Shown: one piece after another, positions 33,801-41,984 of the stretch | Numbering within the stretch: position 1 is the stretch's first letter | How the letters are laid out: each line of letters starts with the position of its first letter | Origin: Veleropilina oligotropha | Taxonomy: Eukaryota | NCBI GenBank assembly: GCA_048128005.1 | Contig: JBEUKZ010000096.1 | Coordinates: 558,001-622,000, forward strand | Direction of reading: 5' to 3' | DNA length: 64,000 nucleotides | Notes under the pieces: model-generated | Database searches by the model: none | The model's input: the letters and a program-made list of their open reading frames with translations, nothing else | Told to the model about the DNA's origin: nothing | Made by a program: the position numbers and the translations under genes

Positions 33801-36800
33801 CGGCAGTTTTTGAGCGATATGTGTTCGTTGTCTGATGCAGAGGTTATGTCGCTGTAGAAATCGAGTGCACCATCCGGCTGAGGCCTTGAAGCTGGAATCG
33901 ACATCGTACTTTTTCGTTGTAGCAAGTTTCAATGCTTCGAAATGTATCTGGAGAATGGTAACGCAAATTGCCATATTTCTTAACTCTTGTAAGGAGATCT
34001 TTCTCTAGATCGGCATACTGAGTTACACCAAATCTTCTCGCACGTTTAGTCTTCGGGAGTGAAGATAGCGACGCTTTGTTTTTTCGCCAATCCCTCACCA
34101 GTTTCTCGGATATCCCAAATTCACGCTCAGCAGCACAATTATTGTTAGCTTCTGCGAATTCGATAACTCGGAGTTTGAAGCCCGTTTCATACGACATTCG
34201 CTTGCGTTTTACACCACTCATGACAACTGGAGAAAGTAACGGTAGGCTTAATTTTGCGTATATATATATAATAAGATGTAATAACTGTGACAAATGCACG
34301 ATAACTGATGAACTCTGGTGTTGCGTTTATATAGCAGTTGTGCGTGGAAGATTATATCCAGAGTATGTGATGTCAGTTTATTAAAATAATTCCTTAATCC
34401 TTTATCGCAGAGATAAAACGAATACTACTCCTTTGAGAAAAACCCGCGAATTGAAAACACTAAACACAATGCTGATTTCGTAATCCGCGTCACGGCACCG
34501 ACAGAGCTGAATAGATATTGCTTTATTTGATTGACCGATGTCATTGTTAGTCAAGAACAATATATTTTCAATACTGTTGTCGGACGTTGGGTTGGCTAAA
34601 ACAACAAGCTTAGCAAACTCTTGTCGGGTCACAATTCAGAGGTCATGCATAATTACCGATACTATATTTGGAACGAGAGTCATTTTACCAAGTGAAGATG
34701 TGATAAAGCTATTATGACAACTAACTCACTATAACGACAACTTATACGTATTAAATAATTAGTTGAGTGAATATTTGCATATATTCAGCAGTATAATAAT
34801 GACAACACTTGGTTCTTTTAAAAAGAATGACTGACAGATAGAGTCCATAAGAATGGGGTTGGACGCCATGTTTTTTTTATCGTTGACGACTTTTAACAAC
34901 GCACATGGTTGATTGATTGTTTATGGATAATAAATTGTTTCTGCAAAGACATTCTGGTAAAAATGCTAGTGAATTAATGGAAAGTGTGTTAAACGTTATA
35001 GCGTAAATGACATGGTAGTAAAAACTTGTAGTCAATTAGTGTTCTCAAAAGTAGTCCAACATAACTAACAAAGTACCCGACGAACTAAATTACGATAAGA
35101 TCGACCATCATTTGACCTGAAAATATTATATGTCGCGCGTATAAGTCGACCCCCCAACTCTGAGCCATCAAAAGTTTGGAAAATCCTCGACTTATACGCG
35201 AGTATATACGGTAGCTTCCAGGCTCGAGGATTTTGCTAGTTGTAGATATATTACTAATTAGCCATATATATATATGCATGTGGAAGAAGATTGGTGAGGC
35301 TTATCCAACATCCATTCTAAAACAACAATGAAGCAACCGTGTCTTATAAGAATGCAAATAACATGCAACACTGTATTCTTTACCTTGATACCATTATTTA
35401 TGTGTTTTGTTTGTAGGATGTGACATTCCAACTGCAAGACCTGGATGAAATCGCACTTGGCAAGGATTTTGATGTGGTTCTTTGTGCCTCCAATAAGTCC
35501 AAAGAGGCTCGAACCATCTACATCACACTGGCGTCGACTGTCGTCTTCTACACGGGGCTGCCTAGCTCGGTCATCAAGTGCGCGAAGTTTGAACTTAAGT
35601 TACCACCTGGCAATGGTAAAATATAACTCTGGAATAACGTCAGCTCTGTGGTTGGGAAATTAGCTATAGAATGGCTCACCACAAGCAGAAATGTCAATTT
35701 TAATCATGCAAAGAATTTCATTATAATTATTGTTACTGTGTAGATATGCACCACACGATAAATAGAGCTAAGGTTTCAAAACAACCCTTGTCAGGCGCGG
35801 ATCCAGGAATTTCGCTTAGGGGGGGGGGGCTGAATTTACCATCAATTGTTCGTGTGGGGGCGGGGCCCCACGTGAAAGAAAATTTTGAGATTCAACAGCC
35901 TGAAACCCCTGCCCCTGCACTCGGACAGGGCAAAAGCGATATTTCATTCTAACTTTTTATGAACCACCGTCACTCAAATAGCACGAGTCAAATTTAAATT
36001 TATTTTGTCATAATCGAATTGTTCGCGTGGGATCGGCACCCCACGCGCAAGAAAATTTCACAATTAACGATGTGAAATCCCCCCTCCTGCATTATTACAT
36101 TGCAACAGCTTATTTATAATGTTCTGAAAGTCATTTGTATCAGATTATACATATTATTTTAGTATGCTTGGCCAACTTTAGGGGGGGGGGGGGCGCGCCG
36201 GATGCACCCCCCTGGATCCGCGCCTGCTTGTCAGTATGTGTCTTAATATCATGTAAATTGCCTGAGAGAATTACGTTGTAATCTCCAGTGAAAGAAGATG
36301 ATAACAAGGGAGGTAATTGTATAATAATGACAGTATGCATATATGTTATTTTATAATAGTTACAAATTTGTAAGATAATTTGTTCCGAAAGGGGATCTAG
36401 AGTTTAATCCCTGCACATTTACATTTTATGTGAAAATAAATGTAGTCAAATGTGTCATTGTAACAAATCAATTTAATAGCTCATGTTTATATTGATTTAT
36501 ATTTTCAAGTATAATTTATGATAACTGAATTCCAAGTTTGGAATATTTGACTATGATTGTTATTGTCATATATGGGTATTTAACAATATATTAAGCACAC
36601 ATTTACAATGAGTCCTGCTTACCATTTCTTTTATTGTAACTGCCTGTTGCAGCGGATGTTGGCACGAACTAGGATTTCCTATCACGATAATACGGTTATG
36701 TCATGGAATGAGCATGACGGGTTGTTAAAATGGGACATTAAGCATTGATCAAATCCAAACTATTACTTTTCTATACACCACGGGGTTTGTTATTTGAACA

Positions 36801-39539
36801 ATCTTTGAACAATTTCTCGATTGTTCCATTTAACAAGATAAATATGAACTCGTCTTGCTGGCCCGACTACATTTAGTGACAAAGGATTTGACAATTTGCC
36901 AATGGAAGAGTCGTCTATCATATCGCGCTCATGAGCATGTTTGGTGTTTCGTGTTTAAAGGGGTGACAGCTTGCAATTTACAATAGAATTCCATGGTGAG
37001 TATATCACTGAGGGGTGACAGCTGTATTATCTGTTATATAACAGATAATACAGGTGTCACCCCTCGGTGATATACACATAACAAGCTTCGCTCTCGCTCA
37101 GCATGTTATGTGTATATATCGCTCAGGCTGACAGTGTATTATCCATTACGTATGCATGATAACATATACGGTAAAATGATTGTTGTAGACGGACAGGCCA
37201 AGAAGCACATCAAGTGCTCGGACTACCTGGACAAGCTCGTTGACCACTGCCAGATGAAGATCTCCTGCTTTGCCCGCGTGAAGGAGACGAATCAGCTGTA
37301 CACCGACCAGGATGACTTCCGTCTGCGCAAACCTCACCTCACCATGAAGGTGGGTAGCTTATATGGTAGTAGTTGAATGCTATTAGTGGCTATGATTTCT
37401 TCTTTTAGTTTAGAGTTTTAGTAAAATGACGTTGCGGTTAATTTATTGGATTAAATCAGAGAAGACTCGGAGTTAATTAGAACATAGTATTAATAAAATA
37501 TTACAGCTACTGTTACAGTAATACTTCTTAGATTTAAATAACAATAGCATAATTTTGTGCTATATATATCAGACCATTCTTGCAGATTAAATAAACACAA
37601 AAACCAAGTCCATCAAATGTAACATATCGTGAAGAATATTATAACATCCACAGCTTCAGATTGTATCACTCACTATGATCACTATTCTAGCTGTAAATAT
37701 ATTTGTGTTATGTTTTAACAGACAATAACAGGTAGTTCCTGCCTATACTTATTTTATGACAGTATTATGCCGTCTGTCTGTCGCGCTTTGGTTTCCGGAC
37801 AATAACTGCCGTTCCCTTTCAGCGATTTTGTTCATATTTGGTATACATGTTGCTTATGAGGAGAGGTCGCTTGGGATTGCTTTTCAGGTCGGTACGTCAA
37901 AGGTCATGTGATCTGTGACTAAATATAGAATTTTGGCTCCTATTTCGTTTCCGGACGATAACTACTCTTCATATTGGGCGCTCATGCCAATATTTCGCTC
38001 ATGAGGACAATCGTTCAAAGGTCACATGACCTGTGGCTAAAAATAGAATTTCCTAAATTTTTGATTGCGATTTGCTGTCCGGACGATAATTATTGTTCAT
38101 ATTTAGCGAACATGCTCATATTTGCCAGGTAGGTTGCCTATCAGGATAGGACCCTTGAGATTGCATTTGAGGTCAATTGTTTAAAGGTCACATGACCTGT
38201 TGCTAAAAATAGAATTTTGATTGCGATTTGCTTTCCAGTTGATAACTACCGTTCATATTTAGCAATGTTCGTCATATTTAGCAGACAGGTTGTCTATGAG
38301 GAAACGATGCTTGGGATTGCACTTGAGGTCAATCGATCAAAGGTCACATGACCTGTTGCTAAAAATAGATTTTTTCCGAAATTTGATTGTGATTTGTTAT
38401 CCAGACAGTAACTACCGTTTCTTATTTAGCAGGCAGGTTGCATATGAAGAAAGGATGCTTGGACTTGCATTTGAGGTCAAAGGTCACATGACCTGTTGCT
38501 AAAAATAGAATTTCAAGCATGAGAGACATTCCTGTTATTGTGGACAATAACAACATCTAGTTCCACTTAAAAGGCTTCCAATTTTAAAGTCCGTACCAGT
38601 GGTGATTAACAGGAGTGGGTTAAAATCCTCAGCTGAAAACGTTTTTCAATTGACAGTCACAGTTGTTTGTAACTGGAAGATGAGGGTGGGTTTTCCCGGC
38701 ATCCAGGCAGTCCTTCCGCAATAATATGGTCATGTCATGATATACCCTTAAAGGTGTTAAAATGTGATATTAGGCACCAATTCATTCATACAATGTAAGA
38801 TTTATTTGGATATTTTTCAGGTTCCCAAGCAAGGCAAGGTGGGCTCCGAGTTCGAGGTGGAGGTCGGCTTCATTAACCCGCTGCCAATCGCTCTCTCCAG
38901 CTGCAGTCTCTCCGTGGAGGGTCCCGGCCTGCAGTCGCCACTCAAACTGCAGCAACCGTACGTGCATCGAGATTCAACATCACTTGTCAATGTGTAATAG
39001 ATGTTATGGTTAAGAATTTGTGTTAAGCGAAGATGGTGCAGTTGTGTTGGAGGTCGTATATTTATGACCCACAAAAGTTGGACCTGGCATGTAGCATTCA
39101 GAAAGCGCATCAGTCCGACCTTCGGAGCAACGTAATTCAACACATGCTGCATGCAGGGTCTCTGTATTCTGTGCACGGGTGATCGAGGATGTCCTTTGGA
39201 TGAGGTTGAAGATGGACCTATTTTTCATGGTCACATGCCTCTGTGATGCAATGCCATTCATGACCACTTTTTCTAGTTTTATTAAACATAGTTGTTCTTG
39301 TCAAGATGAGAACATTCTTACGAGATTTGTCATAAATGACGCTGTAATCTTCCTGATTTCTTGATTACATTCATTAATTTGCTTCTTTATTTTGCAGCAA
39401 TATTAGTGCTAATCAAACGTTCGTCACTCATTTCAAGCTGACACCACGGAAAGCAGGCGATCGTGAATTATGTGCGTGTTTCAACAGCAGCCAAGTTGAG
39501 GGTATCACCGGTCACTGCAGCTTGACCGTCACGGCATAG
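648..39539 (+). CDS. Protein-glutamine gamma-glutamyltransferase (transglutaminase), 3' part: 10 coding exons, 5' exons lie upstream of the window
   Basis: Exons 648-822, 4879-5017, 5231-5334, 5560-5716, 7691-7812, 8267-8349, 35417-35615, 37189-37349, 38821-38957 and 39398-39539 all have AG/GT boundaries with matching phases and splice into one open frame ending in TAG. Motifs [22 protein letters not shown] and FAEVNAD are diagnostic of animal transglutaminases. Confidence 0.96.
966..4292. mobile_element. Non-autonomous PIF/Harbinger-type DNA transposon with nested repeats
   Basis: Imperfect TIRs of about 34 bp (GGGCTATTCCATTTAATTTTGTATCACCCCCAAG vs reverse complement GGGTTATTCCATTTAAGTTCGTATCCCCCCCAAG), TTA on both flanks (963-965, 4293-4295), subterminal AGGGTGGTT repeats. 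Confidence 0.75.
1690..2830 (+). repeat. HINE/Helentron-like element with internal degenerate tandem array of about 170 bp period
   Basis: T-run, short inverted repeat TATCCCCC...GGGGGATA, (GTCC)n, then GGTTAAAGTTTT-like anchors at about 1758, 1922, 2082, 2272, 2431, 2601 and 2770. Confidence 0.6.
4879..5017 (+). CDS. Transglutaminase exon (core domain)
   Basis: (I)[27 protein letters not shown]...HDSV(W); AG 4877-4878, GTAAGC at 5018. Confidence 0.95.
4995..5139 (+). repeat. Minisatellite, 4 copies of 36-41 bp, spanning an exon/intron junction
   Basis: Unit GAATACAACCATGACTCGGTTTGGTAAGCTGTAGTC and three diverged copies. Confidence 0.9.
5231..5334 (+). CDS. Transglutaminase exon with catalytic His and Asp
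   Basis: [39 protein letters not shown] donor at 5335. Confidence 0.96.
5560..5716 (+). CDS. Transglutaminase exon (core domain)
   Basis: [35 protein letters not shown]...; GTAAGT at 5717. Confidence 0.95.
7691..7812 (+). CDS. Transglutaminase exon
   Basis: IGKKISTK...[13 protein letters not shown], matching the family G-x-x-ISTK and RED-x-T-x-x-YKYPE motifs; phases fit. Confidence 0.93.
8267..8349 (+). CDS. Transglutaminase exon (end of core domain)
   Basis: [29 protein letters not shown] 8265-8266, GTAAGA at 8350. Confidence 0.9.
8692..8921 (+). mobile_element. Short HINE-type non-autonomous element
   Basis: TTTTTATGCCACC...GGTGGCAT inverted repeat, (GTCC/GTCCC)n microsatellite, 3' GGGGGCAT, palindrome TGTCCGATGGACA and CTAGTT end. 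Confidence 0.6.
10902..15858 (+). pseudogene. Copy A gag-like, RT/RNase H/MT and 5' part of YR, multiple frameshifts
   Basis: Fragments collinear with copy C ORFs: [35 protein letters not shown]. Confidence 0.93.
16809..19053 (+). pseudogene. Copy B ORF1 (gag-like), one frameshift near 17705
   Basis: N-terminal Cys/His cluster; ORFs 16809-17735 and 17854-19053 together equal ORF1 of C. Confidence 0.9.
18845..22027 (+). pseudogene. Copy B pol and YR; a 5-bp deletion near 20010 fuses RT in frame to the YR reading frame
   Basis: 1060-codon ORF: RT motifs DLTDAY, LPFGL, YLDD then a switch to the ORF3 frame; RNase H/MT left orphaned in 20121-21116. Confidence 0.9.
23204..23373 (+). pseudogene. 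Copy A tyrosine recombinase 3' remnant
   Basis: Continues the sequence cut at 15858 (VRAHEVRA..., stop in AATCAGTGA), with many deletions relative to 21805-22027. Confidence 0.88.
25450..27699 (+). CDS. DIRS ORF1, gag-like protein with N-terminal Cys/His zinc-finger-like cluster and basic C-terminus
   Basis: ATG 25450 conserved in all three copies; [37 protein letters not shown]; position and LLRRD motif typical of DIRS ORF1. Confidence 0.9.
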   Translation: MVRCSSSGCNQKIHGFDRHKECRIHRNCSIQHQCDLCFLLSDKQWAVLSHQGKSTRAAATVGPPPEKGQEETGKLTNVSSLSASGTLDDSRHKGTSVAGSTGETSATLGGVTETLPVPQIQVKTRVSTVPPQPGLVTAVSHTLPASKVYMTAQRTAEQGRPSPSYSSASKNKGTVSPSAGNSPSSDGDRPNAEKAFKEAGHLLVGLRLGQLATPESSLENDATSPRGFPLNLEAHETFRGPGLSRAPYVVTLEDVDRPAAFGTGFYGGFPSVPRSNRVVDRSELLPQSYRSSGPLTVPSGQSFGFDPSTSARGPWSSVPPVRAARLPSATVSSAELPAVSSTPVLPPGFSFEDVQAWIAAGIEERCKAWPTAPEPRPVPTHLPMAQSTAPASVMDIDPRSDEDLGSNHTDLPESVGPEDISLTGTQEPTSSTRRRLDAVASLRGVLGLSEPTRSAVDVVKHRTAAHRFVGREAPELPSLPQSGLVDLVVDSITKLVQGRNTVESSPLNEFPSGFRCGRYLRASTRAIPFECTGPCLATVPAHVDASLRRLTASHTPSVAKVPWSALEAFESAARRALRLSSVQDFFLDGAIAVLQEDGPGAPEAALSFLQEVAAAQEISALETGRVLGNALLLRRDACLEGTSLDEPTRRSLRCVPCSATTLFGDNFSEFVDKRAADMKDRAIEKAVLHPTRGPPTDSRKRSGPTRAPKPSKRAKPSSGGRPPANKPTPKRQAPPAKSRKQSGRGKPRP
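27491..29773 (+). CDS. DIRS pol: reverse transcriptase, RNase H and adenine-methyltransferase-like domain (no upstream ATG)
   Basis: [33 protein letters not shown]; RNase H FTDAS, LELEA, TDNTT, ADSLSR; MT-like VDLFAT and YAFPP. Confidence 0.95.
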   Translation: MPSRRQYCTPLGVHLPTRGSAQGPPGPRSLLSVRSPLRVVGLRPINPLQRGKHLQRNPASRAGEGSLGPRAAGIRDGPSCPLPPVGACLLAHSQSWLELTDSNWVHLVVSAGYKLAFNRHPTLTEAPPTRHARLLNGEKQAVLDQAVRDLLLKRAIYPAPPSTPGFYSHFFLVPKPDGRWRPILDLSYLNRYLRTEKFQQETLSKIRAAIRPGDWAASIDLADACLHVPMHITAHQYLRFIHGETIYQFRCLPFGLSPAPYVFTRTVQALGAFLHSLGHRVHMYLDDWLILGASRDLCLRSTSFTLSSTKRLGFQINETKSCFVPSTTFTFLGVDFDTVRYTAKPTQKRMRNLRAVIQDTLSSDITTARQLATVLGHIESVATLLPTGRMDKRPLQQAFRDRWIQRTGQWTDRIDLRHWFTDTTAVWLNPALPDQSVPISPPEPNAYLFTDASNDGWGGHLDSYETSGLWPTDLQGRHINFLELEAVYLSVRSLSLHLRNKHIMLATDNTTVVAYIQHQGGTRSRPLCDRAIDLHRLVMSLNSTIRARHIPGKLNVRADSLSRKSQIIHTEWTLHSRVARDVCRRWSQPQVDLFATEFNYRLPLYVSPYPDPAALAVDALSMTWENLSAYAFPPTCILSLVLQKAATERCEITLIAPLYRTQPWFPTLLDLIVDRPLALPQKLDLLMQPRTRVLHESPNHLRLHAWRLSNDPLLRKDFLKLQPYVSTDREGFPRQKFMTTDGLSTWIGVTAGRSIYSVPL
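27727..30684 (+). CDS. DIRS ORF3, tyrosine recombinase with a long N-terminal extension overlapping pol
   Basis: ASGRRCSEI (R), FLAKNQ (K), CPVRAL, AHEVRA (HxxR), GYWK (W), FVKHYL (Y); frame open from the ORF1 stop onward. Confidence 0.95.
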   Translation: MPASAGGSVPVSTQPVVARADRQQLGPLSRECRIQVGIQPASDLNRGTTNKTRSPPKRRETSGLRPGSAGFAPKTSDISRAAQHTRILQPFLPGPETRWPLETDPRSLVSKQISSYREIPARNPLEDSSGHPSGRLGSVYRSGRRVSACPDAYHGSSVPSVYTRGDDLPIQVPTVRSIASPVRLHENSTGPRGLPTLSRAQGTYVPRRLADPRGVPRSVPPVYELYPVIDEAPGISDQRDKILLRTLDDVYVPRSRLRYGPVHREADPEAYAEPTRGYPRHPVIGHNYGATTGHCPGAHRVGSDPATDGSHGQKTVTTGVQGSLDTTDGAVDGSHRSTALVYRHDSSVVEPRFAGPVGSYIPTRAERLPVHRRFERRLGWSPRQLRDIRPMADRPSGTTYQLPRVRSRLPVSTVPLVTSPQQAHNARHGQHDCRRLHTAPGRHSLASPLRPSNRPTPLSDVPQLDDSSPTHPGKAECQSGFALSEITDNTHRVDATQPSSSGCLPPVVATPSRPVCNRIQLPTTSVCLPVPGPGRPSGRRTVNDMGESVRVCLPPDVHSITGITEGSDRTLRDNANSAPVSHATLVSDPPRSDRRSTVSVTAETRPVNATTHPCTPRVAEPLTFTRLAVIERSLAKKGFSKATALRIYRSRRISTTKVYDYRWVKYVDWCHSRQVNILRPPVNKFIEFLSSLFDRGMSVSAVKGYRATIATTLKQCRAHAGLSSDRTISDFIRSYELEIPTRKIKPPAWNIVLILNALLLPPYEPMSEITMRNLTHKTFFLIALASGRRCSEIHAFSSELRDIRFQSDGSVILRPILGFLAKNQRPNEDAPDVVIPKLTLVGRRDTDRFNCPVRALRFYLDRTRDLRQGKLRLFISYLPTYTRDITRTTVSRWISQTVRDVYIRCDNEDRTILSVRAHEVRAIAASVAFRHSLNITALLQAGYWKHANVFVKHYLRDYSTGADGLSSLQCVAAQRCIVRPRSSNQ
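31516..31606 (+). repeat. Internal complementary region (ICR) of copy C; equivalents at 22814-22904 (B) and 24174-24264 (A)
   Basis: Reverse complement reads right terminus joined to left terminus (...AAAACCTCAT-ATGTAGTTACAAAC...), i.e. the circle junction. Confidence 0.93.
32852..34221 (-). pseudogene. pogo transposase (Brinker-type HTH, CENP-B HTH, DDE_1), two frameshifts
   Basis: [24 protein letters not shown]...; [42 protein letters not shown] with 35 residues between the 2nd and 3rd Asp; split over three ORFs (breaks near 33975 and 33430). Confidence 0.93.
35417..35615 (+). CDS. Transglutaminase exon (C-terminal beta-barrel 1)
   Basis: [22 protein letters not shown]...VFYTG...LPPGN; phase 0 start matches the donor at 8350. 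Confidence 0.92.
35792..36226. mobile_element. hAT-like MITE
   Basis: 16-bp perfect TIR CAGGCGCGGATCCAGG; CTTGT(CAG) repeated on both flanks. Confidence 0.75.
37189..37349 (+). CDS. Transglutaminase exon (beta-barrel 1)
   Basis: [57 protein letters not shown] and phases fit. Confidence 0.92.
37750..38562 (+). mobile_element. HINE-type element with internal tandem repeats of about 150 bp
   Basis: (GTCT)n start, repeated AAAGGTCACATGACCTGTTGCTAAAAATAG units, 3' palindrome and CTAGTT end shared with 1-71. Confidence 0.7.
38821..38957 (+). CDS. Transglutaminase exon (beta-barrel 2)
   Basis: [38 protein letters not shown]-x-NPL and VEGPGL motifs. Confidence 0.93.
39398..39539 (+). CDS. Transglutaminase last coding exon
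   Basis: [48 protein letters not shown] 39396-39397, TAG 39537-39539. Confidence 0.92.
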
Positions 39540-41984
39540 ACAGATGGAATTAGCCGAGAGTGTCGGACGATAATCATTTATCAATAGTCATAACAAGCAG
39601 GACTAGTGTGTAATGGACATTATAACCTCATATTAAGCGCTCAAGTTTTATATATGCAAATTTTTGTCTTAGTTTGTGAAAATAATTTATTTTTTCACAC
39701 ATTTATTTCATTACAGTAGTTTTTATTAGCAAATGTACAGGTCTTTTACAGAACCAAACTATAGGTACTTAAAGATCTACATTAGCCAAATATTGAATCA
39801 TCTTATTTGACCTACCAGGCTGCCGTAGTAACACGAATGAATAAGAGTGTGTTCTTTATTGACTTCCTTGACGGCTCCTGTTGCCTCCTACTGATCACGA
39901 CAATAGCTGTTTTACAGGTAACCTAGTACAGTGTAGCAATTCTTCTTTAGAGGGATTAGGCCTGCTTTCCATGTACGCGGAAATGCGCGCGTTTCAGCGC
40001 ATGATTTTATCGATATTGCATATTTATGGAGGACCATTTCCATGTATGTGTTTCCGCGCGCGTGGAAAAAAAAGTTGCTCGATTTAGACTTTTCCGCACG
40101 TGTGTTGTTAGTATTTGCGATTTTCTGTAAATACATCAATAAAATGTAAGAAAATGGCTAAATGCATATGAATATGGCATACAATCATATTTCATAAACC
40201 TATTCACCATGAAAATGTGCTGCTAATATTTAATTAGCTAAAATCAAGGTAAATGTCCATATTTTTATCTATAATGTTCGTAGTTTTAACTATAGCCAAC
40301 AAAATTCAGACGGAGTCGATCGAATCATTAGCGTCCATTGTATAAATTAATTTTTGATACAGATATAATATTTGGAAATATTCTTGACTTGACCTATGCC
40401 TATTATGTTGAAATCTAGTTCATGTATTCGTGCTATCTGAGACGAAGACCACACCAAAATCGCGCATGAAAACCTGCTTCATGGAAACGACATTTCCGCA
40501 CGTTTTCTTGGACAGATCTATACACAGCATGCTTAGCTTTGTATATTTTAAAAATAACGTCTGCAATTTTGGCTTATTTATGGGCATCTATATATAGCTG
40601 TTTATGTAGTCGCCAGGACAGATAATACTGTTATCTACCTGACCTCGATTCTAATTGGATGACCTGTGGTTATTGTCACCATATATTTTAAAAGCTAACT
40701 AATTTGAAAAATAACTAACTCAGTTTATACGTTATATAATGCATGTGTTCGTCTTCAGTTTTGTGAATTTAATTACTAGTTAAATTCTCCAGCATGTTAA
40801 CTAAAAACACTCTTTCATTGTTACTGTTTAATTAATACTGATTTATATCTTTCCTCATGTATAAGAGGTTATTGGTATATTCTAATGTATCCTGTGATAG
40901 TAACGTCTACTTGCAGATATTTAATAGGAAAATACTCTTAATATACCACATTGTAAGTGCCTATTTGCTTTTTTGTATCACATTAACTATATTCAACTAT
41001 ATACATCAGGTAGGTTAAACTGTTTTACAGGGATTTTTGTAAAAAAATGAAATGAACTTTCTCCCTACAATGTGTTTTGACAATTGATACCTTCATGTTG
41101 ACCTTTTAACTTGGACTTTGTACTTTGCAATGTTGCTTTTCCACAATTTGATGTCATGTACTGTTCCTTTATATGTAATATTTCAAACGCTTTCATTTGA
41201 AAAAACTGATGAAGAAGACACCATAATTTCCTGGTAAAAATCATGTTGCTTGTGCCACTTTTCTGCATATTGTAAAATTCCTAATGTGTCGTTATCAAGT
41301 GAAAATGAAGGAAATTTAATATATAAGTTTTAATATATCTTTTAGAAAATAAAGTGAATATTTATAATATCGCATATTTGAGCTATATATATATTATTTA
41401 AGTTCTTTCCATATTAAGTCTGTCAGTGATTGTCTTGGTTAAATATTTATGTTATGTTGAGCTGATGTTGTCTGTAGTCCAAGGAGCTGTTGATCACAAA
41501 CAGATCCTCATCCAAGATTCCAGTTGGACCCTAATGTTCTTGATCCGGTGGTAGATTGGATTGTAGATATAAATGATTGAAGTCGCAGAAAAGGTCAGTC
41601 AAATATTTCTAATCTCATGAAATGTATTAAGTAAAGGGAGATAACTGTAATAGTCATAAATGAATCCCTGGGGTGAGTTCAATAGAAGCGAACATTAGCA
41701 AACGCCACCAAGCACATTTTGGGATACTGAATCGTAGTTGACAACTTCTGTCATACTAACAAATAAAAAAGTCTCTTGGTTTATTATCTTCACAAAACAC
41801 GTGTAAATAATGAAAAATATTTATTAACAATTATACATAATTATAATATTTGGCACTTAATTAGGGACTGGCTCTGCTGCTAAGCTAGAAAACTGGGAGT
41901 ACAGAATACCGCTGTTGAGTCAAAACCATGAGGTATTCTAGACTTCTGAGAAAAGAGACAGTCCAGATAACATTGTGATTCATC

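Larger units (their letters stand above)
9876..35211 (-). mobile_element. pogo-superfamily DNA transposon (DD35D, POGK/Passer-like), about 3.3 kb without the 22 kb DIRS nest
   Basis: Perfect 25-bp TIRs CCGTATATACTCGCGTATAAGTCGA (9876-9900, 35187-35211), TA target duplication (9874-9875, 35212-35213), subterminal CGTATAAGTCGAC repeats, transposase remnant at 32852-34221. Confidence 0.95.

Noticed and set aside
39826..40826. Possible element bounded by AGTAACA..AATGAA..AAGAGTG inverted repeats downstream of the stop codon
   Set aside because: Match needs several gaps and no TSD was found; too weak to call.
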